Source of the DNA: Celeribacter marinus
Lineage (GTDB): Bacteria > Pseudomonadota > Alphaproteobacteria > Rhodobacterales > Rhodobacteraceae
Length of the DNA stretch: 56,570 nucleotides
Direction: 5' to 3'
NCBI RefSeq assembly: GCF_965656515.1
Contig: NZ_CBFHKW010000006.1
Location: forward strand, 1-56,570
Under the pieces are notes generated by a model. That model saw nothing but the letters and a program-made list of their open reading frames with translations. It made no database searches and was not told the origin of the DNA. This document shows positions 1 through 9,248 of this stretch, piece after piece. Positions within the stretch are counted from its first letter, which is position 1. The number at the start of each line of letters is the position of its first letter. A program made the position numbers and the translations under genes.

Positions 1-128
1 TGGGCGCAACTTTCGCAGCTATTGCGCAAAAGCGCCTTGAAAATGCGCCGTTTGCGAGGTGTCGTGAGACATCTCGCGCGGGGCCACATTGGCCGCACTC
101 TCGCGCTCACTCTACATTGCAGGTTGTT

Positions 129-572
129 ATGCCCACAGCGTCTAAACTCGTTGCCGCACTTTGGTTCGCCCTTTTAGGTTGGTTTGCCGCCGAACTGGCC
201 AAAGGGCACATGCCCGATGGCACGCAGTTCGGTTGGTTTTCTTACATGACGGGCGTGATCGGCTTTGTCGTGGGGTGGAAGTTTTTGGGCAAACGCGCGG
301 GCGACACCATGCGCGCGGCCTACGGCTACGGGTTCACGGCAAGTATATTATTGGTGTTTTGGGCGCTGCTGTACTTTTCGGGCGAGGAAATGATTCACCG
401 CGCTTTGGACACGCGGTATCGCGGCCCGATGCATGCACTGGCGGGCATGGTCGATCTGTTCAAAGATTATGCGCTGAGCGTTGTGATCCGGTTCGATGTG
501 GCCATTACCCTCGTCGTGGGCGGGCTGTTTGGCGGATGGTTGACAGAACAAACGGCGCGGCGGTGGTCATGA
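129..572 (+). CDS. trgA: TrgA-family membrane protein (tellurite resistance associated)
   Basis: Four hydrophobic segments, N-terminus MPTASKLVAA typical of Rhodobacterales TrgA; ATGA overlap with downstream Nudix gene as in trgAB. ATG at 129 preferred to TTG at 117. Confidence 0.75.
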   Translation: MPTASKLVAALWFALLGWFAAELAKGHMPDGTQFGWFSYMTGVIGFVVGWKFLGKRAGDTMRAAYGYGFTASILLVFWALLYFSGEEMIHRALDTRYRGPMHALAGMVDLFKDYALSVVIRFDVAITLVVGGLFGGWLTEQTARRWS

Positions 573-1441
573 CGACAGATCCGTTTGCGGGCCTTGGCGC
601 TGAATTCTCCGATCATGAACACGCGTTTTTGCGTGCAGTACTCAAGGATCAAACTGGCCTGACCCACGATATCGTGCGTGCGGCGGCCGTTGAAATTTTG
701 GCCCACAAACACAACGGGCGCAGCGTCGAGACCGTGCGCGGGCATGTGGCGCAAATCCTGACGCGGGCGTGGTCGCGGGTGCGCGCACAAAACAGTCCGC
801 GCGCTCTTGACCCGCGCAGAGAGACCATGACGCGCACCGCCGTCACAACTGTGCGCCATGTGATGCCGTATTTGAACTACTTCACCTTGGAAGACAGCCA
901 TTTTACCCATGCCCGCTTTGACGGGACGCAATCGGGTGAGATGCAACGGGCGGTTTTTCATATGGCCGATGCCGTGACCGTATTGCCTTATGATCCTGTG
1001 CGTGACCGCGTTTTACTGGTTGAACAGTTGCGCTTTGGTCCGTTCGGGCGCGGCGATGTGTATCCATGGACCTATGAGCCTGTAGCGGGACGCATTGATC
1101 TGGGCGAGCCGCCAGAGGTGACCGCACGCCGCGAAGCGCATGAGGAGGCGGGGGTCACATTGGCGGCGCTGCACAAAGCGGGCGATTACTACGTCAGCCC
1201 TGGCGCTGCGACCGAGTTTTTGGTGTCATATGTCGGCATCGCGGATTTGCCCGATGATGCGGCGGGTGTCGGCGGATTGGCCGAGGAGCACGAGGATATT
1301 CGGGCGTTTCTCGTGCCGTTCGACGCCCTTATGGCGATGTGTGACGCGCATCAACTCGACACTGGCCCGCTGTATCTCACCGCACTTTGGTTGGCGCGTC
1401 ATCGTGACAGGTTACGCAAAGAGTGCGGCGTAACGGCCTGA
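569..1441 (+). CDS. trgB: Nudix hydrolase, ADP-ribose pyrophosphatase-like (TrgB)
   Basis: Nudix box GRIDLGEPPEVTARREAHEEAG, LPYDPVRDRVLLVEQ and SPG motifs; start ATG 569 overlaps the trgA stop (ATGA). Confidence 0.75.
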   Translation: MTTDPFAGLGAEFSDHEHAFLRAVLKDQTGLTHDIVRAAAVEILAHKHNGRSVETVRGHVAQILTRAWSRVRAQNSPRALDPRRETMTRTAVTTVRHVMPYLNYFTLEDSHFTHARFDGTQSGEMQRAVFHMADAVTVLPYDPVRDRVLLVEQLRFGPFGRGDVYPWTYEPVAGRIDLGEPPEVTARREAHEEAGVTLAALHKAGDYYVSPGAATEFLVSYVGIADLPDDAAGVGGLAEEHEDIRAFLVPFDALMAMCDAHQLDTGPLYLTALWLARHRDRLRKECGVTA

Positions 1442-1443
1442 CT

Positions 1444-2685
1444 TTAGGCCTCTTTTGGCTGCATCCAAAGCCAGATGAGAGCCGCACCCGCAAGCGTGAG
1501 AAACGGAATCATCGCAAGGTTGACCGCGTTCCATCCGTCTTGCGGTGATCCGCCCGAACAGTTCATCAAACCGCCTGAGGCCAGCGAGGCCACGGTTACG
1601 CCGCCAAAGACCAACAAGTCATTGACCCCTTGGATACGGCCGCGCTCGGAGGGCTCATGGGCCGAGGCCAACATGGCGGTCGCTCCGATAAAGCCAAAGT
1701 TCCAGCCAATACCAAGCAAGACAAGAGCGATAAAGAAATTCTCGACGTTGACGCCCGCCATGCCGACAATGCCTGCAAGACCAAGGATGATGAGACCCGC
1801 CGCCATGATCTTTTGCACGCCGAACCGCGCAATCAAACTACCGGTGAAAAACGAGGGGACAAACATCGCAAGGACGTGCGCCGACACGATATCGGCGGCC
1901 ATGTTTTGCTCAAACCCGCAGCCGACGACCGCCAGAGGCGTCGAGGTCATCACAAGGTTCATCAACGCGTAAGACACCATTCCCACGATGATCGCCACGG
2001 CCACGCGTGGCGTGCGCAACAACGCCATGGTCGAGCGGCCAAGGTGTTCACCGTGTTTGGCCACGGGTGGTTTGGGGATTTTGAGAAACAGGAATAGACC
2101 CGAACCGATCAGGTTTATTGCGATAACGGCGAGATAGCTGCCAAGGAACGGGACGACCATGGCTTGGGACGTGGCTTTGACCAATTGCGGGCCAATGATG
2201 GCCGAGGCCAGACCGCCCGCCATAACCCATGAAATGGCTTTCGGTTTAAAGGCGTCGTCGGCGGTATCGGTGGCGGCAAAGCGAAAGAACCCTTGGCTCG
2301 ACTGATACAGGCCGGTGAACAGGCCGCCGACAACAAAGAGCCAAAAGTTCTGTTGTAACAAGGCGATAGCGCCAATAGATGCGCCCACGGCCCCCGCAGA
2401 TGTTCCAATCCAAAACCCAACGCGCCGCCCGAACCGCTGCATGATCCACGACAGCGGTGTGGCCGACAACATCGACCCGAGAACAACGGCGGTAATGGGC
2501 AATGTGGCAAAGCACAGGTTCGATGCCAACGACTGACCCGCTAGCCCTGCGATGATAAAGATCATCGACATCTGCGCGCCCAAGAATGCCTGAGCCGCCA
2601 CAAGGATATAGACATTGCGGCGCGCGACATGGGGCAAAATGTGAGAGTGCGTATCTGGCTGAGCGGCTGACTGAGAGTCGGACAT
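1444..2685 (-). CDS. MFS transporter
   Basis: About 12 hydrophobic segments, motif-A-like MQRFGRR; start 2685 or 2694. Confidence 0.85.
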   Translation of the reverse strand: MSDSQSAAQPDTHSHILPHVARRNVYILVAAQAFLGAQMSMIFIIAGLAGQSLASNLCFATLPITAVVLGSMLSATPLSWIMQRFGRRVGFWIGTSAGAVGASIGAIALLQQNFWLFVVGGLFTGLYQSSQGFFRFAATDTADDAFKPKAISWVMAGGLASAIIGPQLVKATSQAMVVPFLGSYLAVIAINLIGSGLFLFLKIPKPPVAKHGEHLGRSTMALLRTPRVAVAIIVGMVSYALMNLVMTSTPLAVVGCGFEQNMAADIVSAHVLAMFVPSFFTGSLIARFGVQKIMAAGLIILGLAGIVGMAGVNVENFFIALVLLGIGWNFGFIGATAMLASAHEPSERGRIQGVNDLLVFGGVTVASLASGGLMNCSGGSPQDGWNAVNLAMIPFLTLAGAALIWLWMQPKEA

Positions 2686-2813
2686 GGGAAACATTCCAAA
2701 TTATATATCTGTTTGTGCTTTACCAACACGGTCCCCGCTTGGAAAGGGGGGCACCTCACGTCCCGCTCGATCGGTTTTGCACAGCCGCGCACGTTTGAGC
2801 GTGCACTGTGGTC

Positions 2814-4103
2814 CTATGTGCGGTCGATCAGGTGGACGAATGAGCCGCTCACAGCCCCGTGAACCAAGCCTTGTGGGCCTAAATCCGTACCTTCGGCGTC
2901 CGAGGTGTTCAAAAGCGGTGTCCCGTCGGCTTTGAGCGTGGTCGCGTAGTGAAATTCATGCGCGCTCCATGAGCCTGCAAAAGGGCCATGCATCACAGTT
3001 GCGCTGCGGTATCCCAAGTGCAACTTGCGCGTCTCGAATGATGTCTCAAGGGGCAAAAGCCCCGCCATTCGGTGGCGCACACCGTCTTTGTCGATCAACC
3101 CATCGCCCAGAACCATATAGCCACCACATTCGCCGTAAACGCGCCGCCGTGCTGCGGCTTCGCGCAAGGATTGTAAAAAACGGTGGTTCGCGGCCAGTTT
3201 GCCCGCGTGCAATTCGGGATAGCCACCCGGCAAGTAAATCAAATCGCTCGGCGGTGCCGGTTCGTCGGCAAGCGGAGAAAATGTTGTAATATCTGCGCCT
3301 TGTGCACGCCAGTCGGACAATAGGTGCGGATAGGCAAAGGCAAAGGCCGCATCGCTTGCCACCGCGATGCTTTGCGCAGGTGGCGGTGTGCGCGGGCCCG
3401 AGGCGAGGCTGTGAAACGCACTGGCACTGGTCAAAAGGGCGTCGATATCCACGCTCGCCTCGATGGCGTCCGCCGCGCGATCCAAAAAGGCGTTAAGATC
3501 GGATCTCTCACCGGCTTGGACCAACCCGAGGTGGCGTGATGGCGTGGCAAGGCTGGCATCACGCGGCAGGGCGCCAAGGACCGGAATGGACAGGGGCGCG
3601 AGCGCGCGGGTCAGCATCGCGGCGTGGCGCAGACTGCCCACTTTGTTGAGGATCACGCCCGCAATGCGTACGCGCGCATCATGGCCCGCAAATCCGGCGA
3701 CCATCGCCGCCGCCGAGTGTGCCATACGAGAGGCATCCACAACGAGGATCACGGGGATATCAAACATTTTGGCCAGATCGGCACATGCGCCTTTGCCGTC
3801 TTGCGTGGGATCCGTGGCGTGGGGCGCGCCGTCAAACAGGCCCATTGCGCCCTCGATGATCATCAGATCTTCGGGACCATGGGCGAGTGCCGCGAGCCGC
3901 TCGGTCGTCATCGCCCATGCATCAAGGGTCACACAGGGCGCACCACTGGCCGCCTCGTGAAAGCGCGGATCTATATAATCTGGGCCGGATTTGGCGGACC
4001 GCACGGTGTGCCCGCGCCGTTTCAAGGCCCGCAATAGACCAAGGGTGACGGTGGTTTTGCCCGAACCGGACGCAGGTGCGGCGATCAAAACTCCGCGGCT
4101 CAT
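2814..4103 (-). CDS. cobB: Cobyrinate/hydrogenobyrinate a,c-diamide synthase
   Basis: SGSGKTT P-loop, KSGPDYIDP, EGAMGLFDG, glutaminase GECGGY and HEFHY motifs. Confidence 0.93.
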   Translation of the reverse strand: MSRGVLIAAPASGSGKTTVTLGLLRALKRRGHTVRSAKSGPDYIDPRFHEAASGAPCVTLDAWAMTTERLAALAHGPEDLMIIEGAMGLFDGAPHATDPTQDGKGACADLAKMFDIPVILVVDASRMAHSAAAMVAGFAGHDARVRIAGVILNKVGSLRHAAMLTRALAPLSIPVLGALPRDASLATPSRHLGLVQAGERSDLNAFLDRAADAIEASVDIDALLTSASAFHSLASGPRTPPPAQSIAVASDAAFAFAYPHLLSDWRAQGADITTFSPLADEPAPPSDLIYLPGGYPELHAGKLAANHRFLQSLREAAARRRVYGECGGYMVLGDGLIDKDGVRHRMAGLLPLETSFETRKLHLGYRSATVMHGPFAGSWSAHEFHYATTLKADGTPLLNTSDAEGTDLGPQGLVHGAVSGSFVHLIDRT

Positions 4104-4104
4104 C

Positions 4105-4962
4105 CTAGCGCTCTTCGGCGGGTTTGCCGCGTCCCAATGGATCGAGATTGCGCGGAGTCTCGCCGCGCTCCAAGGCCTGCCAGTCCAACACTTGCCGCAT
4201 CAAGACGTTGCGCCCGACACAGATAATCGCGGGGGGCTCCATCTTTGTCGCGGCGATATCATCAAGCATCGCACCAAGCGTGGTTTCCAACACTTTTTGG
4301 TTTGGCGTGGTGGCTTGCGACACAATCGCCACAGGCTCGTCCTCACTGCGCCCCGCACCCAAAAGGCCGCTGCGGATAACTGGGGCGTGTTTCATGCCCA
4401 TGTAGATGACCAGAACGCCCGAGGCGCGCGACAGGGCGTCCCAATCAAGGCTGTCTGGGGTTTCGCCGCGTTGGTCATGGCCCGTCACAAAGGTCACGGA
4501 TTGATTGACATCGCGGTGGGTGACGGGAATGCCTGCATAGGCCAGACCGCCAATACCTGCGGAAATACCCGGAATGATGCGCACGGGGACACCGTGTTGA
4601 ATGAGGGTCTGGGCCTCTTCGCCACCGCGCCCGAACACGAACGGATCGCCGCCCTTGAGGCGCAACACCCGTTTGCCCGCACGTGCCAGATCAACCAGTC
4701 GCAATGAAATGTCGACCTGTTTGGCCGAAGGCTTGCCGCCACGTTTGCCCGCATAGATCATGTCGGTACCTGCGCGCGCCCAGTCCAGAATTTGAGGGGC
4801 AACAAGGGCGTCGTATACGATCACATCCGCTTGGCGCAGAGCATTCACCGCGTGCAAGGTCAACAGGCCCGGATCCCCAGGGCCCGCACCACATAGCCAC
4901 ACCCATCCAGGTGTCAGTTCCGGCCAGTCGCCAGAGGGTAAAGAAAGCGTAGATTCGGTCAT
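4105..4962 (-). CDS. cobA: Uroporphyrinogen-III C-methyltransferase
   Basis: GAGPGDPGLLT, VYDAL, RLKGGDPFVFGRGGEE, GIPVTHR motifs. Confidence 0.93.
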   Translation of the reverse strand: MTESTLSLPSGDWPELTPGWVWLCGAGPGDPGLLTLHAVNALRQADVIVYDALVAPQILDWARAGTDMIYAGKRGGKPSAKQVDISLRLVDLARAGKRVLRLKGGDPFVFGRGGEEAQTLIQHGVPVRIIPGISAGIGGLAYAGIPVTHRDVNQSVTFVTGHDQRGETPDSLDWDALSRASGVLVIYMGMKHAPVIRSGLLGAGRSEDEPVAIVSQATTPNQKVLETTLGAMLDDIAATKMEPPAIICVGRNVLMRQVLDWQALERGETPRNLDPLGRGKPAEER

Positions 4963-5067
4963 GTGATCCTTATGGCGCGGGTCTGGCCCTGTTGCAAAGG
5001 TAGAGCGTGCAATCTGTGTGTAAAAACAGCGTGGTCATTTGCGCGCTGCCCGCGATATAGTCGCTAC

Positions 5068-6123
5068 ATGAGTGAGACACCTGTCCTTAATCCCAAACCT
5101 TTGCGCCGTGGTTGGACCACAGGCGCCTGTGCGACTGCGGCCACGCGGGCCGCGCTGCATGCGCTTTGGGGGGCGGGCTTTCCCGATACGGTGCGCATCA
5201 CATTGCCCAAGGGCGAGCGGCCGCGGTTTGCGCTGTCCTATACCGCGCAAGGGGACGGTTGGGCCGAGGCGGGTATTGTCAAAGATGCAGGGGACGATCC
5301 TGACGTGACGCATGGTGCGGAAATTCGCGCGCGGGTTGCTGTCTCAACGGGCGGTGTGACGTTCAAAGCGGGCGCAGGGATCGGCATTGTCACCAAGGCG
5401 GGCTTGCCCATTGGCGTGGGGGAGCCTGCGATCAATCCCGTGCCGCGCGACATGATGCGCGCGCAGGTTGCGGACATGGCGGCGCGATTGGGTCACGCGC
5501 CCGATGTCGAGATTACGATCTCCATTCCAAACGGCGAAGCGATTGCGAAAAAGACATGGAACCCGCGCCTTGGCATCAAAGGCGGGTTAAGCGTGCTTGG
5601 CACCACGGGCATTGTGCGGCCGTTTTCATGTGCGGCGTGGATTGCGTCCATCCACCGCGGTGTTGATGTGGCGCGCGCCGAAGGTCTTGCACATGTGGCG
5701 GGGTGTACCGGTGCAACCTCGGAGCGGGTGGTGCAGGCGCATTACGGCCTGTCTGATGGCGCGATGTTGGATATGGGCGATTTTGCCGGTGGTATGTTGA
5801 AATACCTCGCAAAACACCCTGTGGACCGCGTCACGATTGGCGGCGGCATCGGCAAACTTGCGAAACTGGCGCAAGGCGAAATGGACCTTCATTCCAAGCG
5901 CTCACAGGTTGATATGCAGTTTTGGGCCACGGAAATGCGTGATCCTGATGTGGCGGGGGCCAATACGGCCCTTGAGATATACGAGACCAAAGGCGCGTCC
6001 TTTGCCGCTCTTGTGGCGCACAAAGCCCTTGATGCGGTCAACGCGCGTTTTGGCGGGCAGGGCATGCGGTTCGACATTATTGTGATTGACCGTGCAGGTC
6101 AGATTATTGGGACGGCGCAATGA
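5068..6123 (+). CDS. cbiD: Cobalt-precorrin-5B C1-methyltransferase
   Basis: LRRGWTTGACATAA, KDAGDDPDVTHGA, AINPVPR, NPRLGIKGGLSVLGTTGIV motifs; start ATG 5068. Confidence 0.93.
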   Translation: MSETPVLNPKPLRRGWTTGACATAATRAALHALWGAGFPDTVRITLPKGERPRFALSYTAQGDGWAEAGIVKDAGDDPDVTHGAEIRARVAVSTGGVTFKAGAGIGIVTKAGLPIGVGEPAINPVPRDMMRAQVADMAARLGHAPDVEITISIPNGEAIAKKTWNPRLGIKGGLSVLGTTGIVRPFSCAAWIASIHRGVDVARAEGLAHVAGCTGATSERVVQAHYGLSDGAMLDMGDFAGGMLKYLAKHPVDRVTIGGGIGKLAKLAQGEMDLHSKRSQVDMQFWATEMRDPDVAGANTALEIYETKGASFAALVAHKALDAVNARFGGQGMRFDIIVIDRAGQIIGTAQ

Positions 6124-6848
6124 TCCTTTTGTTGGCGGGTACGACTGAGGCGCGCAATCTTGCAGAGCATTTGGCGGATTGCGATATCGCTTGTGTGGCG
6201 TCCCTTGCAGGGGTGACGGACAGCCCTATTGCCTATCGCGGCGACACACGTGTGGGCGGCTTTGGCGGAGAAGCTGGGTTTGTGCGCTATCTCGAACAGG
6301 CGGGCATTCGCGCCGTGATTGATGCCACGCACCCGTTTGCCACGGCCATCACCGCGCGCACGGCGCGGGTCTGTGCGGCGCGTGGTTTGCCGTATTTGCG
6401 CTATGAGCGCGCCGAATGGCGCTCGCGTCAGGGCGACACATGGCACGAAGCCAAGGATCGTGCGGATTTGGCGCGGATCATCCCGCGCGGCAAACGCATC
6501 TTTTTGGCGACAGGGCGTCAGACCGTCGCGGATATGACCCATTTGAACCATAGCGCGATCTGGGCGCGGGTGGTGGATGCGCCACGTGATCCGTTTCCGA
6601 TGTCGAACGGGGCGTGGATCACCGGACGCCCGCCGTTTAGCGTTGAGGCAGAAGTGGCGCTGTTTCGCGAACTCAAGCCCGACTGGCTTGTGGTCAAAAA
6701 CGCAGGGGGCGCTGCGGGGCGGGCAAAACTTGATGCGGCGCGTGCCCTTGGCCTGTCGGTGGCGATGATTGCGCGGCCCAAGTCGCCCGATGGGGTGACG
6801 CGGCGCGAACAGCTTTTGGATGCGCTCGAATGGGCGCAAAGCCTATGA
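6120..6848 (+). CDS. cobK: Precorrin-6A/cobalt-precorrin-6A reductase (CobK/CbiJ)
   Basis: LLLAGTTEAR, GGFGG, VIDATHPFA, KNAGG motifs; ATGA overlap with cbiD. Confidence 0.92.
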   Translation: MILLLAGTTEARNLAEHLADCDIACVASLAGVTDSPIAYRGDTRVGGFGGEAGFVRYLEQAGIRAVIDATHPFATAITARTARVCAARGLPYLRYERAEWRSRQGDTWHEAKDRADLARIIPRGKRIFLATGRQTVADMTHLNHSAIWARVVDAPRDPFPMSNGAWITGRPPFSVEAEVALFRELKPDWLVVKNAGGAAGRAKLDAARALGLSVAMIARPKSPDGVTRREQLLDALEWAQSL

Positions 6849-7468
6849 GGATCATCACCGAGACCGCGTGCGTGGCCGAAGGGGCGGCGTATTTGGCCGA
6901 CCTTGAACCACGGTTTGCCTATGCGCTCAGCCAGACGGGACCATTGCCGCTGCGTCGCAAGACGGACGGGTTTGAACAGCTGTTATCCGCCATTGTCAGT
7001 CAACAAATCTCTGTGGCTGCGGCCAACGGGATTTGGGCGCGGCTGAAAGTGGCCAAATTGACGGGACCGCGCAAGATTATGTGGGCAAGCGACGACGATC
7101 TGCGCGCCTGTGGCCTGTCGCGCCAAAAAGTCCGCTATGCCCACGCATTGGCCGAGGCGCGCGTTGATTATAAGGCTTTGCGCACCGCACCCACCGATGA
7201 GGTGATCGCAACGTTGACACAGGTGTCGGGCATTGGCGTGTGGACAGCGGAGATATATGCGATGTTTTCTTTGGGTCACGCCGATGTCTTTGCCCCCGGT
7301 GATTTGGCCCTCCAAGAAAGTGCGCGGATGCTGTTTGATCTACCCGAGCGCCCCAAAGAGCGCGCATTGCGCCAGATGGCTGTGGCATGGTCGCCGTGGA
7401 GATCGGTTGCAGCGCGGCTATTGTGGGCCTACTACCATGTTGAAAAATCACGCGAAGGAATACGGTAA
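6845..7468 (+). CDS. DNA-3-methyladenine glycosylase II (AlkA/HhH-GPD family)
   Basis: AIVSQQIS, HhH motif VSGIGVWTAE, PGDLAL, WSPWRSVAARLLW. Confidence 0.88.
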   Translation: MRIITETACVAEGAAYLADLEPRFAYALSQTGPLPLRRKTDGFEQLLSAIVSQQISVAAANGIWARLKVAKLTGPRKIMWASDDDLRACGLSRQKVRYAHALAEARVDYKALRTAPTDEVIATLTQVSGIGVWTAEIYAMFSLGHADVFAPGDLALQESARMLFDLPERPKERALRQMAVAWSPWRSVAARLLWAYYHVEKSREGIR

Positions 7469-8133
7469 TGGCAAATCTGGACAGTAAAACACGCGATAGT
7501 CAGTCGGGCCGCGTGAGCAATGTTGTGGTGTTCTTGCACGGCTACGGGGCGGATGGCGCAGATCTGTTGAGCTTGGCCGATCACATGGCTGAACACTTGC
7601 CCGATACCGTCTTTATGGCGCCTGATGCGCCAGAGCAATGCACCGGAAATCCAATGGGATTTCAATGGTTTCCAATCCCGTGGATTGATGGCTCATCGGA
7701 AGAAGAAAGCCGTGACGGGTTGTTGCGCGCCGTCGATGAATTGAACGACTACCTCGACACTATTTTGGTCGACTACAATCTCGAGCCGGATCAGTTGGCC
7801 CTCGTCGCGTTCAGCCAAGGAACCATGATGGCGCTGCATGTTGCACCGCGCCGCGAAGATGCGATTGCCACATTGGTTGGCTTTTCGGGCCGTCTGTTGG
7901 AGCCTGAACTGCTGGTCGATGAAAAACGCGTGACCTTTCCCGTTTTGTTGCTGCATGGCGACGAGGACGATGTTGTGCCGCCGCAATCGCTGCCCGAGGC
8001 CGCCGAAGCGCTTCAATCTGCGGGGTTCGAAGAGGTGTTTGCCCATATCGAGCGTGGCACAGCACATGGAATCGCCCCTGACGGTCTTTCGGTCGCTTTG
8101 GCGTTCTTGTGCGACAAATTGGGCTATGAGTGA
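7468..8133 (+). CDS. Alpha/beta hydrolase, phospholipase/carboxylesterase family
   Basis: FLHGYGADG oxyanion motif, AFSQG nucleophile elbow, HGDEDDVV and HGI triad residues. Confidence 0.88.
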   Translation: MANLDSKTRDSQSGRVSNVVVFLHGYGADGADLLSLADHMAEHLPDTVFMAPDAPEQCTGNPMGFQWFPIPWIDGSSEEESRDGLLRAVDELNDYLDTILVDYNLEPDQLALVAFSQGTMMALHVAPRREDAIATLVGFSGRLLEPELLVDEKRVTFPVLLLHGDEDDVVPPQSLPEAAEALQSAGFEEVFAHIERGTAHGIAPDGLSVALAFLCDKLGYE

Positions 8134-8215
8134 GCGCTAAATCGGTGGCTTTTCTCTTGGTTTGCGGCAGTGCGGCGTAAAACGGCTAAATTTCGCCATA
8201 ATGCGAAAGATCGGC

Positions 8216-8243
8216 TTGACGTTGCAGGCGGGGGTGTTACCGT
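8216..8243 (+). promoter_or_regulatory. Putative sigma70 promoter for the small ORF at 8269
   Basis: TTGACG (8216-8221), 16-nt spacer, TACCGT (8238-8243). Confidence 0.35.
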
Positions 8244-8268
8244 CCCGTTACACAACTTGGAGGGTTAT

Positions 8269-8388
8269 ATGGACTTTATCGCGCTAACCGCACTCGCACT
8301 TGCTGCAATGGCTCTGGTGTCTTACGTTCTACGCCCAACCCAAGAGTGCGCACCTGTTCGTGTGCGTACGGATGATCGCCGCCGCTAA
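8269..8388 (+). CDS. Small single-pass membrane protein (39 aa), unknown function
   Basis: GGAGG Shine-Dalgarno just before ATG 8269; MDFIALTALALAAMALVSYVL hydrophobic helix then a charged tail; own terminator downstream. Confidence 0.6.
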   Translation: MDFIALTALALAAMALVSYVLRPTQECAPVRVRTDDRRR

Positions 8389-8407
8389 CGCGCCCGACGA
8401 GACATCC

Positions 8408-8450
8408 AACGACAAAGAGCGCATCCATCGGGTGCGCTTTTGTCGTTTTT
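8408..8450 (+). terminator. Rho-independent terminator
   Basis: AACGACAAAGAGCGCATCC-ATC-GGGTGCGCTTTTGTCGTT hairpin followed by Ts. Confidence 0.7.
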
Positions 8451-8656
8451 GGAGGCGAGACGGCCTGCGCAGACAAAGTTTCGCCCAAAGAATGGTCATC
8501 GCGCTGTTACATCGCCGTGCAACTGTGCCCTCAATCAAAACGGCATATCATGGGGCTTGTCAGGTTGCCGCTACGATATATAGTTTAATTATGAGTGGGG
8601 CGGGTGCCCGTCCTTAACTTGAACAGGTAGTCAAGGCGGAGGCGGCTGCGCGTCAA

Positions 8657-9241
8657 ATGGATGGTGATTTTAGAACAGAGTTTGTGCGTGATCCAGGTTC
8701 AACGCGCATAAATCCCGCACTTGTGTTGAACGCAGATTACCGCCCGCTGAGCTATTATCCGTTGTCGTTGTGGCCATGGCAGGAGGCGATCAAGGCGATC
8801 TGGCTCGATCGTGTGGACATCGTGGCGCAATATGACAGTTATGTGCATTCTGCGAACCATAAAATGCGGATTCCGTCCGTTGTCGTCCTCAAAGATTACG
8901 TCAAACCGGCAAAGCGCGTGGCGTTCACGCGGTTTAATTTATTTTTGCGCGATGAATTTTGCTGTCAATATTGTGGCGCGCGGCGTGAATTGACGTTCGA
9001 TCACGTTATCCCACGCGCACGCGGCGGGGTCACGTCATGGGAGAATATCGTGGCAGCTTGTGTGCCGTGCAATTTGCGCAAGGGGTCGCTATCGGTCAAG
9101 CAGGCCCGCATGCATTTGCGAAAGCCGCCGCGCATGCCGATGTCGGAGGAGCTGCGCAATAAAGGCCGCAAATTCCCACCAAACCATATGCACGATACAT
9201 GGCTTGATTTTCTCTATTGGGATACGGAGTTGGAGGCCTAG
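8657..9241 (+). CDS. HNH endonuclease family protein (McrA-like)
   Basis: ALVLNADYRPL N-terminus, RDEFCCQYCG, TFDHVIPRARGG, NIVAACVPCNLRKG (Zn-binding HNH). Confidence 0.88.
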   Translation: MDGDFRTEFVRDPGSTRINPALVLNADYRPLSYYPLSLWPWQEAIKAIWLDRVDIVAQYDSYVHSANHKMRIPSVVVLKDYVKPAKRVAFTRFNLFLRDEFCCQYCGARRELTFDHVIPRARGGVTSWENIVAACVPCNLRKGSLSVKQARMHLRKPPRMPMSEELRNKGRKFPPNHMHDTWLDFLYWDTELEA

Positions 9242-9248
9242 TAAGGCA

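Noticed and set aside
161-568. N-terminal extension of the 426-aa Nudix ORF
   Set aside because: It overlaps trgA in another frame and has no protein-like character; the ATGA-coupled start at 569 is more plausible.
4963-5067. Cobalamin riboswitch between cobA and cbiD
   Set aside because: The gap is only ~105 bp and I found no B12-box or conserved GGGAA core.
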